Shown: piece after piece, positions 1 to 9,855 of the stretch | How positions within the stretch are numbered: position 1 is the stretch's first letter | How the letters are laid out: each line of letters starts with the position of its first letter | Assembly (NCBI GenBank): GCA_029571985.1 | Contig: JAKQVC010000194.1 | Location: 9,139-73,138 of the forward strand | Source of the DNA: Bacteroidota bacterium | GTDB lineage: Bacteria > Bacteroidota > Bacteroidia > Chitinophagales > BACL12 | Length of the DNA stretch: 64,000 bases | Direction: 5' to 3' | Translations under genes and position numbers: made by a program | Notes under the pieces: generated by a model | Databases searched by the model: none | Told to the model about the DNA's origin: nothing | What the model saw: only the letters and a program-made list of their open reading frames with translations

Positions 1-1101
1 TAACAGTAAGTTCGCATAGAACAAATACTTATAATCGGTGCGTGCACGATCGAGCCACCAACGGTTTTCTTCCGGAATATTTCCATACCAGTATAACATG
101 AACTGGCTAAACCATAAGTAAGTCCAGAACACGCTGAAGCCGAATGCATATTTACCTAAATCGTGTAAGTGGTTTTCATTTAATTGCTCCAGGTATCCCT
201 GACGTTTCAAATAAATGAGCACCAATATAATTGTACAAATAGATGCAATCCAGAGAGAAATAAAGTTATACCAGCCAAATAAGGTGCTGTACCAATGCGG
301 ATCGAGCGACATCACCCAGTCCCAAGTCATTGTAGAGCTGGTAACCGCCCAAATAATCAGGAACACCGCAGCCAGGATACGTGTTTTTTGGAACCAAACC
401 GTTGGGCCTTCGATATCTTCACGCAACGAATACTTACGTAAAGTGATTGCCACACCCACCCATAAAATCAGGTATAATAAAGAGCGGATTGTCCAGAATG
501 TTTTATTCAGATAGCTGTCTTTGCCGTCTAATAATTTATCGTAGTGTGGATTTTCAACATTACCATTTGCATCCGGGTGTAACTCTTCTGCATGATGAGC
601 AGATGCTTCATCATGATGAACCGGTTCAGCAGCCTGATGATATTGGAATGCCTGCCATTCACGGTTATAATCAGTAGTATGACCGTGTTCGGTTCCGTGT
701 TCTGCTTCGTATTCTTTCAACGCTTCCACGCTTACCACTTTCTCAGTAACGAAATCGTTTCTCCAATGTTCGTACAAATTGTGATAACCAGCCCAAACAC
801 CAACAACCACAACCAGCATCAGAATTGCACCATACAGTGAAAACTGGCTAATGGCTTCAGGAATACGCTTTACTGTCACGTGCCATCCGGCCATCGCAAT
901 CTGGTGAGCCGTCAGGAAGAAAACTGCCAGAACAGAAATGCCCAGGAAGAAAATCGTGTCGTGCAGATAATTTGACCAGAACCTGTCCATAGAGGTACCC
1001 ATGGCCATTCCGATCCCTACGAGTATTACGCCCAGTACGAGCATACCCAGAAACAGGTTTCTCAGCTTGGACGTAAAAGTAAAAGTATTTGAGCCGTTCA
1101 T
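1..1101 (-). CDS. actF: Alternative complex III subunit F (quinol:cytochrome c oxidoreductase membrane subunit), 3' end truncated by the window edge
   Basis: Absent from the ORF track. Hand translation from ATG at 1101 gives MNGSNTFTFTSKLRNLFLGML...AMAGWHVTVKRIPEAI...YDKLLDGKDSYLN...TWDWVMSLDPHWYSTLFGWY, which are ActF motifs. Follows actE. Confidence 0.9.
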   Translation of the reverse strand, partial: MNGSNTFTFTSKLRNLFLGMLVLGVILVGIGMAMGTSMDRFWSNYLHDTIFFLGISVLAVFFLTAHQIAMAGWHVTVKRIPEAISQFSLYGAILMLVVVVGVWAGYHNLYEHWRNDFVTEKVVSVEALKEYEAEHGTEHGHTTDYNREWQAFQYHQAAEPVHHDEASAHHAEELHPDANGNVENPHYDKLLDGKDSYLNKTFWTIRSLLYLILWVGVAITLRKYSLREDIEGPTVWFQKTRILAAVFLIIWAVTSSTMTWDWVMSLDPHWYSTLFGWYNFISLWIASICTIILVLIYLKRQGYLEQLNENHLHDLGKYAFGFSVFWTYLWFSQFMLYWYGNIPEENRWWLDRARTDYKYLFYANLLL

Positions 1102-1147
1102 GCTATTCTGATTTCCGATGATTATTTCGATAGTGGTTATTCAAATA

Positions 1148-1852
1148 TTATTTTGCTTCTGCTGTTGCTGCAGTTTCAGGTGCTGTTTGTGCTGTTGCGG
1201 CCTGTGCTGCTGCATAATCAGCTTGTAACTTTTTAATATAGGTAATTACCTTCCAGCGCTCCTGTTTGTTCAAAGCATATGCATATGGTTGCATAGCGTT
1301 CCGGCCATAGCTAACTGAATGAAACATGGTTCCTTCGGTCATCGCCATATATACAGGATCAAAATATGAAGGAGGAGCTGCGGTATATTTTCCGGAAGTA
1401 ACAATCACGCCTTTTCCGTCGCCGGCTTTACCGTGACAGATTGCACAATAAATATCAAAGAAATGTTTTCCGGTTTCAACTGCTTCTTTATCCTGAATGG
1501 TAAATGGATTTTTGTTTGCAGTGGCAGCCAACAGGTAACCTTCCGGTGTATTCGGAATGGTATACGGCAGGTTTAATGCCATCGACAAGCTATCTCCTTT
1601 TGTTCCTGCTACTGCATTGCCTACGTAAGGCACTGTATGTGCAACAGGCATTAAGGCCGACATGTGATTAGGCAATTCCGGATGCAACGCATACGTTTCA
1701 TACGCACGCGAATAGTTCATATCATATGTATAGCTGTCGCCAGGATAATCACCACTTGCCTTTTTACAGGAAGTGAATGTTGCAGGAACAATTACTACGG
1801 CAACCAACGCAACTACTAAAGTATTTTTCACCATTGGTATGGATTTTCTCAA
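1148..1852 (-). CDS. actE: Alternative complex III monoheme cytochrome c lipoprotein subunit
   Basis: Lipobox FTSC, single CAICH heme motif, distal Met (GRNAMQPY), position in the act operon. The start could be TTG 1852 or a nearby ATG. Confidence 0.9.
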   Translation of the reverse strand: MRKSIPMVKNTLVVALVAVVIVPATFTSCKKASGDYPGDSYTYDMNYSRAYETYALHPELPNHMSALMPVAHTVPYVGNAVAGTKGDSLSMALNLPYTIPNTPEGYLLAATANKNPFTIQDKEAVETGKHFFDIYCAICHGKAGDGKGVIVTSGKYTAAPPSYFDPVYMAMTEGTMFHSVSYGRNAMQPYAYALNKQERWKVITYIKKLQADYAAAQAATAQTAPETAATAEAK

Positions 1853-2380
1853 TTAAAGTTCTTTTTCATGAATTTCTACTGCACCGCTATCGCTTAACAC
1901 TTTGCGGATTTCTGCTTTTTTAGCATCGGTAGTATGATCATCAATTTCGAATGTCATGGCAAACATGTGACAAGTAGTTCGCTCGTCAATAATTTCTGAT
2001 TTCATACCCGGAGCCAATCTGTTCAGATACAGATAGGTTAAAAACATACCTACAGATGCAAAAAGCACTGTGAGCTCGAATGTAATTGGAATCCATGAAG
2101 GCAGCGACAAATAAGGTTTACCACCATAGTTAATCGGGTAATTATTTGTGGTAATCCACAGAATAAACGACAACGCCGTTAATGTACCTGTAGCACCAAA
2201 AATAAAACCTGCGCTATGGAGTTTTGTCATACGTAATCCCATGGCATCATCCAGACCATGCACCGGAAATGGTGTATAGCAGTCGTGGATTTTGAGACCT
2301 TCTGCCCGCACTTTTTTTACAGCTTTAATGAGTATTTCCTCATCTTCATACAAGCCGTACATTATTTTTTTCGTGGACAT
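1853..2380 (-). CDS. actD: Alternative complex III subunit D (DUF3341)
   Basis: YTPFPVHGLDDAMG, YGGKP and PITFELTVLFA motifs; two TM helices. Confidence 0.93.
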   Translation of the reverse strand: MSTKKIMYGLYEDEEILIKAVKKVRAEGLKIHDCYTPFPVHGLDDAMGLRMTKLHSAGFIFGATGTLTALSFILWITTNNYPINYGGKPYLSLPSWIPITFELTVLFASVGMFLTYLYLNRLAPGMKSEIIDERTTCHMFAMTFEIDDHTTDAKKAEIRKVLSDSGAVEIHEKEL

Positions 2381-2412
2381 GAGCTATATGTTGTTTAAAA
2401 TCTGTTTAATAA

Positions 2413-3813
2413 TTAATGGTGGCTGTGATCATCTTGTTTATGCACCGCATTAGGACCAGTATACTGATCGCCTGCTGTCTTCAAAATGGATTTCACCTCT
2501 GCAACCGCAATTACCGGAGCTACTTTCGCAAAAATCAGGAACAGGGTCATAAAGAATCCGATCGTTCCTATATATATGAAAATCTCAACCGTTGTCGGAT
2601 AATACATTGTCCAGCTCGACACAATAAAGTCGCGGTGCGTAGACGTAACGATGATTACGAAACGCTCGAACCACATACCCACGTTAATGAAAATAGACAT
2701 GAAGAATGTGAACACTACGCTGCGACGTAATTTACGCACCCAGAATAATTGCGGTGACACCACGTTACAAGTCATCATACCCCAATAACTCCACCAGTAA
2801 GGACCCATTGATCTGTTCAGGAACGCATATTGTTCGTAAGGGTTTCCAGAATACCATGCGGTGAACAACTCAGTAATATAAGCCACACCCACAATTGAAC
2901 CGGTAAGGATAATTACCTTATTCATGGATTCGATGTGACCCAGTGTGATATATTCCTGTAAATTAAATACCCTGCGCACAACCAGCATCAGCGTTAACAC
3001 CATTGCGAATCCAGAGAAAATCGCACCCGCAACGAAATATGGCGGGAAGATGGTTGTATGCCAACCCGGAATAACGGAGGTAGCGAAGTCGAAGGATACA
3101 ATGGTATGCACTGACAATACGAGAGGAGTAGAAAGTCCGGCTAACACTAATGAGATAGACTCAAAACGCTGCCAGTTTTTCGCTGTTCCCTTCCAGCCGA
3201 AGCAGAAAATATTATACATCTTTTTGGTAAAGGCTGATTTGGCGCGGTCGCGGATAAGTGCGAGATCCGGAATCAAACCTGTATACCAGAATACTAACGA
3301 AACTGTAAAGTAAGTTGAGATCGCGAATACGTCCCAAAGGAGTGGTGAGTTGAAGTTTACCCAAACCGGACCACGTGTATTCGGATACGGGAAGATAAAA
3401 AAGGCCAACCAAACACGACCCATGTGAATAATCGGGAAGAAGCTCGCACACATTACGGCGAAGATGGTCATCGCCTCAGCGGAACGGTTTACACCCGTCC
3501 TCCATTTCTGGCGGAACAATAAAAGGATGGCGGAGATCAGCGTTCCGGCGTGACCGATACCGATCCACCAAACGAAGTTGGTGATATCCCATGCCCAACC
3601 CACGGTTTTGTTCAATCCCCACAAACCGATACCATAGGTAATGGTGAGGCCGATCATCACAAATCCGTTAATGGCAAGCAGACCTGAAAGCGTAGTAGCT
3701 AAAAACCAGGCTTTGCTCGGTTTGGTTTCTACCGGAGCACAAATATCATCTGATATCTGCTTGTAGGTCTTATGACCCTGTATAAGCGGTTCCCTTAAAG
3801 GTGATACGAACAT
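2413..3813 (-). CDS. actC: Alternative complex III quinol-binding subunit C (NrfD/PsrC family)
   Basis: WDITNFVWWIGIGHAGTLISAIL, NFNSPLLWDVFAISTY and GWHTTIFPPYFVAGAIFSG motifs. Confidence 0.96.
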   Translation of the reverse strand: MFVSPLREPLIQGHKTYKQISDDICAPVETKPSKAWFLATTLSGLLAINGFVMIGLTITYGIGLWGLNKTVGWAWDITNFVWWIGIGHAGTLISAILLLFRQKWRTGVNRSAEAMTIFAVMCASFFPIIHMGRVWLAFFIFPYPNTRGPVWVNFNSPLLWDVFAISTYFTVSLVFWYTGLIPDLALIRDRAKSAFTKKMYNIFCFGWKGTAKNWQRFESISLVLAGLSTPLVLSVHTIVSFDFATSVIPGWHTTIFPPYFVAGAIFSGFAMVLTLMLVVRRVFNLQEYITLGHIESMNKVIILTGSIVGVAYITELFTAWYSGNPYEQYAFLNRSMGPYWWSYWGMMTCNVVSPQLFWVRKLRRSVVFTFFMSIFINVGMWFERFVIIVTSTHRDFIVSSWTMYYPTTVEIFIYIGTIGFFMTLFLIFAKVAPVIAVAEVKSILKTAGDQYTGPNAVHKQDDHSHH

Positions 3814-3831
3814 AACTGCTTAGGTGGTTGA

Positions 3832-6800
3832 TTATTTATAATTGTAAAGATCCATGATATCTAAAGCCTTGTCTGATTTCACATCGGCTTTTTCTTTGTT
3901 CCTTACTTTCGTTTTATATGTGATTGAAGGCACCCAGTGGAATTCTTCCAGAATACCAAATGAGCGGTCATCCATAGATGCTTTAGTTAACATGCTGTTT
4001 TCATCGTAATTGTTTCCGAATACGATTGCATCAGCAGGGCATCCACTTTGACAAGCGGTGCGTATTTCGCCATCGGCTAATTCGCGACCTTCTTTCTTGG
4101 CTGTCAGTTTTGCATCCTGTATACGCTGCACACAGAAAGAACATTTTTCGATTACACCGCGTGAACGCACCGTTACATCCGGGTTGAGCACTAAGCGGGT
4201 TAAATCTTCGAACAAGCCCAATTCTTCTGTTCCTTCAGGATCGTTCATGTGGCCGAATGTATCAGCAGCACCATAATCGAACCAGTTGAAACGACGCACT
4301 TTATACGGACAGTTATTTGCACAATAGCGTGTTCCGATACAACGGTTATACGCCATTTGATTAAATCCTTCTGAGCTATGGTTAGTTGCGCCTACCGGAC
4401 AAACGTTTTCGCAAGGTGCGTTTTCGCAATGCTGACATAACATCGGCTGGTACAATACTTCCGGATTTTCAGGATCGCCTGCATAATAGCGGTCGATACG
4501 CATCCAGTGCATTTCGTGTGCGCGAATAACTTCTGCTTTACCTACAACCGGAATATTGTTTTCGGCATTACATGCAACAACGCAAGCGCCGCAACCAATA
4601 CATGAGTTGAGGTCAATATTCATTCCCCAATTAAAGCCATTCTTTTTACCGAAATAATCCGGATAGAAGGTTACATTACTCCAGGCTAATGCTTCCTCAC
4701 GGTCTTCATTACCTGCTTTTGGGTTATGCTTATATTCTTCGAGAATAGTTTCCTTAACAATGCGGCGTGGACCTAAACCATCATTAATGCTAAAGTGTGT
4801 TTGCGTTTGCGCAAGTTTAACGTTCTCGCCTTTAGGTTTGATTTCTGCACCACCAGCCATGTAGCTCACACAGTCGCCACTGGCATCCAACATTGGATAT
4901 ACGTTCACACCTACGCCTGCACCACCTTTACCAATAGCTGTTCTTCCGTAACCTAAAGCCACAGAAACAGAGCCATAAGCCTGACCAGGTTGAATGGCGA
5001 TTGGCAAATCGATAGATTTTCCGTTTACCGATAAGGTAACCATATCGCCGTGCATGTAGTCTTTTTCCTTAGCCCATGTAGGAGATACGTTGAGGTAGTT
5101 ATCCCAGGTAATTTTAGAAATAGGATCTGGTAATTCATGCAACCAAGGATTATCTGCATAACGGCCATCGCCGATGGCTACAGATTCATAGAATTGCACC
5201 TGTAAGCCACTTGCTTTTTTCGACATCGCCATGATAGCAGCTGCAGAGGCAGCAATATCAGTTGGTTGCGCCGGTGTTGCAGTTGCCTCGGCCATCATCA
5301 TATCTGCAGATGCTGGTTGATACAACCCAATTTGTAAAGCCTGATTAAAGGCAGTACCCGCTGCAAGATTATTTGCTAATAAGCCGGTTGTCCAGCTCTG
5401 CATCAAGAAATCATAATAATTAGTTGCATTACCGCTCCACAGCAACAATGATTCCTGCATTTGACGTGTATCAAACAATTTGGAAATTGTAGGCTGTGCT
5501 AATGAGTAATGTCCTTGTTTAGGTTCATAGTCGTTCCATGATTCGAGGAAATGACTATCCGGACATACAAACTGACAAGCTTCGGCGGTTTCATTTATGC
5601 TGTTAGCAAATGAAATTGAAACGCCTGCTTTGCCAATAGCTTCTGCTAATTGAGTTCCGAGTGCATGATCGTAAACCGGGTTACAATCGTAGAACATAAC
5701 TGCACCAACCTGACCACCTTTTAATTCAGAAATCAGATTTTTAATAGTCGCATCAGAACCCTGACGTAATTGAGAAGCGTGTGTAAAGTTGATTGTTTTA
5801 CCGTAGTTGCCTAAAGCATCGTTAATAGCGTTTACTACTAACTGCACATGTTTATCATTACAACCGGCAACAACTAATGATTCGCCGGCATGTTTTTTCA
5901 ACCAGGTAGCTGCTTCGCTGATGCGTTTTTGCTTAGCCTCATCTTGCAATTTATTTCCTGCAGAGGCATTTCCACCGGTAATGGCATCATATAAATTCAA
6001 TGCAACGATACCTAATTCAGAAGGCAGAACTGCAACGCGATAATCGGCATTAGAACCGGTTAATGAGAGGCGACTTTCAAAATGATAGTGGCGGCTCATT
6101 TCCGCATTTTCTTTCGACACTTTTCTGGTTGCGATATATCCTTTTGTATATTCTACAGGAGATATCCAGGTACCCAGAAAATCAGCATCAATTGAAACGA
6201 TTGTTTTTGCAGCACTAAAGTTATAATCAGGTATAGCAGCAACGCCTTTTGATTCGGCATTTGCCATCAGCATACCATCATAAGAAACGGCATCATATGC
6301 CATTACTTTAGTGTTTGGAAATTTTTCAGCAAATTTTGCAAATACCTTTTTTGTAGAAGGGCTGATTACCGTAGAGGTAATGATGCGCACATTTGCATTT
6401 GGGTTAGCAGCTAATTTTCCATTGATAGCGGTATCCACTTCTTCCCAGGTTGTATTTTTCATACCGCGATCGCTTTTCACCATTGGATTGCGATAACGGG
6501 CTGTATCATACAAACTTAACACTGCAGCCTGCACACGTGCAGATGTTCCACCTTTTGTGATTTGTGAATCTTTGTTACCCTCAATTTTAATCGGGCGACC
6601 TTCACGGGTTTTCACAAGGATGCTACAGTAGTCACCACCTGCATAATACGTAGATGCATACCAGGTAGCGATACCAGGTATTACATCTTCCGGCTTAAAC
6701 ACGTAAGGTGCTACTTTTTTTACCGGGATTTCGCATCCGGCAGCTACAGTGGCTGCGGTAAGACTGAATCCGACTACTTTAAGGAAATCGCGACGAGAAG

Positions 6801-6933
6801 CCTGCAGTGAATCATTTTTTTCATCAAAAAATTCAACCGGTATTTCCTGATTAAACTCGTGTTGAGCGAGTTCCATAAATTCCGGCTCCTGCTTTAACTC
6901 TTCAAGGCCTTTCCAGTATTTTTTGTCTGCCAT
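3832..6933 (-). CDS. actB: Alternative complex III subunit B (Tat lipoprotein, molybdopterin-oxidoreductase-like domain plus Fe-S domain)
   Basis: YWKGLEEL, Tat motif SRRDFLK followed by AGC, REGRPIKIEGN, and Fe-S motifs CIGCGACVVAC, CQHCENAPCENVCP, CIGTRYCANNCP, CSFC. Confidence 0.96.
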   Translation of the reverse strand: MADKKYWKGLEELKQEPEFMELAQHEFNQEIPVEFFDEKNDSLQASRRDFLKVVGFSLTAATVAAGCEIPVKKVAPYVFKPEDVIPGIATWYASTYYAGGDYCSILVKTREGRPIKIEGNKDSQITKGGTSARVQAAVLSLYDTARYRNPMVKSDRGMKNTTWEEVDTAINGKLAANPNANVRIITSTVISPSTKKVFAKFAEKFPNTKVMAYDAVSYDGMLMANAESKGVAAIPDYNFSAAKTIVSIDADFLGTWISPVEYTKGYIATRKVSKENAEMSRHYHFESRLSLTGSNADYRVAVLPSELGIVALNLYDAITGGNASAGNKLQDEAKQKRISEAATWLKKHAGESLVVAGCNDKHVQLVVNAINDALGNYGKTINFTHASQLRQGSDATIKNLISELKGGQVGAVMFYDCNPVYDHALGTQLAEAIGKAGVSISFANSINETAEACQFVCPDSHFLESWNDYEPKQGHYSLAQPTISKLFDTRQMQESLLLWSGNATNYYDFLMQSWTTGLLANNLAAGTAFNQALQIGLYQPASADMMMAEATATPAQPTDIAASAAAIMAMSKKASGLQVQFYESVAIGDGRYADNPWLHELPDPISKITWDNYLNVSPTWAKEKDYMHGDMVTLSVNGKSIDLPIAIQPGQAYGSVSVALGYGRTAIGKGGAGVGVNVYPMLDASGDCVSYMAGGAEIKPKGENVKLAQTQTHFSINDGLGPRRIVKETILEEYKHNPKAGNEDREEALAWSNVTFYPDYFGKKNGFNWGMNIDLNSCIGCGACVVACNAENNIPVVGKAEVIRAHEMHWMRIDRYYAGDPENPEVLYQPMLCQHCENAPCENVCPVGATNHSSEGFNQMAYNRCIGTRYCANNCPYKVRRFNWFDYGAADTFGHMNDPEGTEELGLFEDLTRLVLNPDVTVRSRGVIEKCSFCVQRIQDAKLTAKKEGRELADGEIRTACQSGCPADAIVFGNNYDENSMLTKASMDDRSFGILEEFHWVPSITYKTKVRNKEKADVKSDKALDIMDLYNYK

Positions 6934-6969
6934 CTGGTTATGGTTAGATTTGAGCTAATGTAAATGAAA

Positions 6970-8220
6970 TCAATAGTGACATTTCTGACATTCAGTTGCA
7001 CCAATGTCAACCGCTTTTACGTTTTCTATTTCGCCATTTTTCAGTTTTTCATGTAACACGGCATATGGCTTATAGAAATCGTTAGTGGTAAAGTTTACGT
7101 TTGAATTGCGGTGACAGTTGATACACCATCCCATCGAGAGGTTTTCCTGTTGTTGAACAACATCCATTTCCTGAATCTGACCATGACAAGTTTGACATTC
7201 GATACCACCCACTTTTACGTGTTGAGCGTGGTTGAAGTAAACATGATCAGGAAGGTTGTGGATTTTCACCCATTCAATTGGCTTAGGCTCACTTTCATAT
7301 TTGAGCGTTGAAGGGTTGAAGCCGATATAGCTATAGATTTTCGCAATTTCTTTATCGTAAACCGCCTTTGGGTAGTTTGGATCTGTTCCGGAAACACCCT
7401 GAATATTATAGTGGCAGTTCATACACACGCTTAATGATGGAATTACGGCAGCTTTGCCTCGTTCAGCGCCTACGTGGCAATATTTACAATCAATTTGATT
7501 GATACCGGCGTGTACTTTATGAGAATATAAAATCGGTTGTTCAGGTGCATATCCTTGCTGACGACCCAAAGATGTTGCGCTGTTCCACATCGATACGCTC
7601 AACCAGCAGAGCAATAAAATACCGATGAGGCCTACTAACGGGCGGAAACGGCGTTGACGGAACCACGGGGTTTGGTCAGGAGCCGGGTCATCATATTTCT
7701 GATGCACCATCACATTCAGATACTTCACGGCACGCGACATAATCATAGCGATTATGGCAAGCGCAATGATGAGTATCCAATACAATTGGGTATTATCTTT
7801 TTTAGCCTCAACCGGACCAGCCGCTGTATCTACCGGAGGTGCCGCTTTACGTGCAGCCTCTGCGTCGATATACACAAGGATATCGGCGATATTGGCATCC
7901 GTCAGTTCAGGAAATGCAGGCATCACTGAGCCATACTCTTTGTAAAGAGCATTAGCATACTTGTCGCCTGTAGCCAGGAATGACTGAGAATTCTTGATCC
8001 ACGCGTAAAGGTTGGTACTATCCGTCCAGCGCTCGCGCACCCCCTGAAGGGCCGGGCCAGTCATCTTTTTATCGATAAGGTGGCATCGCTGACACTTACT
8101 TTGGAATAGTTCCTTGCCTTCTGCTTCGCCGGCAAACGCAGTGTTTACCGTTGTCACAAACGCGAAGAAAAACAAACCGGTCAGTAGGCGTCTGAAGGTC
8201 GTCTGGTTCTTCAACTGCAC
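6970..8220 (-). CDS. actA: Alternative complex III multiheme cytochrome c subunit A (N-terminal monoheme domain plus pentaheme domain)
   Basis: Six CxxCH motifs (CQRCH, CKYCH, CMNCH, CQTCH, CINCH, CQKCH) and HNLPDHVYFNHAQHV. Start moved to GTG 8220 because the -7 promoter element overlaps the ORF-track TTG at 8274. Confidence 0.93.
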   Translation of the reverse strand: MQLKNQTTFRRLLTGLFFFAFVTTVNTAFAGEAEGKELFQSKCQRCHLIDKKMTGPALQGVRERWTDSTNLYAWIKNSQSFLATGDKYANALYKEYGSVMPAFPELTDANIADILVYIDAEAARKAAPPVDTAAGPVEAKKDNTQLYWILIIALAIIAMIMSRAVKYLNVMVHQKYDDPAPDQTPWFRQRRFRPLVGLIGILLLCWLSVSMWNSATSLGRQQGYAPEQPILYSHKVHAGINQIDCKYCHVGAERGKAAVIPSLSVCMNCHYNIQGVSGTDPNYPKAVYDKEIAKIYSYIGFNPSTLKYESEPKPIEWVKIHNLPDHVYFNHAQHVKVGGIECQTCHGQIQEMDVVQQQENLSMGWCINCHRNSNVNFTTNDFYKPYAVLHEKLKNGEIENVKAVDIGATECQKCHY

Positions 8221-8271
8221 AATCGTGTAATTTTTAAGTTTAAGGATTTGGCTGATTTCTAAAAACCCGTG

Positions 8272-8279
8272 CAAAGCTA
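8272..8279 (-). promoter_or_regulatory. Bacteroidota sigma -7 element of the act operon
   Basis: Minus strand reads TAGCTTTG, matching TAnnTTTG. Confidence 0.65.
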
Positions 8280-8482
8280 ACCACCAACCTCCAAAAGTTT
8301 AACAAAACATTTAAAATTTTTTTGGGTGTTTTACGTCACAATCAAACCCTTTCTCTGCAAGGATTTCAGACGTCAAAAAACCACTCTTTAGACCCATTCT
8401 AAATTGCGGGTATGGGTTATGCACATATAATCACACAAAATATCGCCTTTGGCCATCAAAGGCTGGCACAGTTTTGTATAGT

Positions 8483-8490
8483 TAACTTTG
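8483..8490 (+). promoter_or_regulatory. -7 promoter element of the lipoprotein gene
   Basis: TAACTTTG, 17 nt before ATG 8508. Confidence 0.6.
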
Positions 8491-8507
8491 CAAAGACAGG
8501 AGGATAT

Positions 8508-9683
8508 ATGAAACCACTTATTTACGTTTTAGCCAGTATTGTAATTTTAGGAAGCGGATGCAAGGTTGCAGAAAAGGAATTCCGGAAGGGTAACTATGAT
8601 GAAGCCATCGACATTTGCGTAAAGCGACTGATTGACAATCCAGACAAGTCGGAGTACATCATTTTGATGGAAGATGCCTTTTACCGGGCAAATACGGAAG
8701 ACTTAGATGCAATTAAGGCCTTGCATACAGAAGGCCGTCCTGACAGGTGGGAGTCAGTTTATCACATATACGAAGGTATTTACAACCGTCAGCAAAAAAT
8801 TGCCCCTCTTATGCCCCTTTATGTAGGAGCTGAGGAGCGGGATGCCGAATTTAAGTTCGTAGATGCTATTGGTGAGTTGAACAATGCCAAAAAGAACGCC
8901 GCTGCGTATTGGTATGCAGCAGGCTCAGAAAAACTAGCCACGGGAGATATGTATAAGGCAAGAGAGGCCTACTACCTCCTCAGCAATATTTACCGGTTTT
9001 ACGCGACCTATAAGAATGTTGATGACCTCATTAATGAGGCTAAACAGAATGGTACAGCCGATGCCTTGTTTATGATTACAGATCGCAGCAGCGGCAATTA
9101 CAATTATGCAGTTCAACAGGAAATTGACGGATTTGCGGTTCAGGAAGAAAACGGCACCTGGTATAGATTACACAATGCCTTTCCGGCAGATGAAGCTGAT
9201 TATACAGTTGAGCTGGTTGTGCGGCAGGTGGAGGCTTTCCAGGACAGGGTGAGCACCAACAGATACCAGGAAAGCAAAGAAATTGTGGATGGCTATGAGT
9301 ATGTGTATGATGCGGAGGGCAACAAAGTATTAGATAGTCTCGGCAATCCTGTAAAGGTGCCTGATTATAAGACTGTAACCGCTTTTGTAACGGAAACCTG
9401 GCAGGAAAAGGTTGCAACTGTAAGCGGCGAAATCTTATACAAAGACAGAAATGGTTCCGTTTTGCGCAGCATACCCGTTGAAAGCGATGCTGTTTTTCAG
9501 AACTATTATGCTGTTGCCACCGGTTTTTACGAGGCCCTAACCCCGCAAAGCAAACAGAAAATTGGTGGTCAGCCTGTGCCTTTCCCACCTGATGATGTGC
9601 TGCTTGTGGATGCGGTAAAGCAGCTCAAATGCAATGTTGATGCGGTGTTGCATGATTATAATGAACAGTATTTAGGTCGATAA
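8508..9683 (+). CDS. Hypothetical lipoprotein with an N-terminal TPR-like helical region
   Basis: Lipoprotein signal MKPLIYVLASIVILGSGC from ATG 8508; helical motif EFRKGNYDEAI; terminator follows. Confidence 0.75.
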   Translation: MKPLIYVLASIVILGSGCKVAEKEFRKGNYDEAIDICVKRLIDNPDKSEYIILMEDAFYRANTEDLDAIKALHTEGRPDRWESVYHIYEGIYNRQQKIAPLMPLYVGAEERDAEFKFVDAIGELNNAKKNAAAYWYAAGSEKLATGDMYKAREAYYLLSNIYRFYATYKNVDDLINEAKQNGTADALFMITDRSSGNYNYAVQQEIDGFAVQEENGTWYRLHNAFPADEADYTVELVVRQVEAFQDRVSTNRYQESKEIVDGYEYVYDAEGNKVLDSLGNPVKVPDYKTVTAFVTETWQEKVATVSGEILYKDRNGSVLRSIPVESDAVFQNYYAVATGFYEALTPQSKQKIGGQPVPFPPDDVLLVDAVKQLKCNVDAVLHDYNEQYLGR

Positions 9684-9696
9684 TAACCCGAATGGT

Positions 9697-9737
9697 CAGC
9701 CCGCCTGTATGTCCGCATGCAGGCGGGCTGTTTTTTT
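9697..9737 (+). terminator. Rho-independent terminator
   Basis: CAGCCCGCCTGTATG-tccg-CATGCAGGCGGGCTG followed by a T run. Confidence 0.9.
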
Positions 9738-9855
9738 ACAAGTATTGCCATGTTCCTGTAAATTTTTCTGCTTTCATGCTAAAACCCCTCGGTTGAACGT
9801 TACCTGAACGACCTGCCTGTCGGAACAAGAATAGAATGTCGTTTAAATTTGTCGC

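Noticed and set aside
215-840. Plus-strand ORFs at the left edge, and similar short antisense ORFs throughout the track
   Set aside because: They are shadows of well-supported genes on the opposite strand or in another frame (here actF).
6970-8274. Sixth heme domain in ActA as a novelty
   Set aside because: An additional N-terminal monoheme domain is already known for Bacteroidota ActA.
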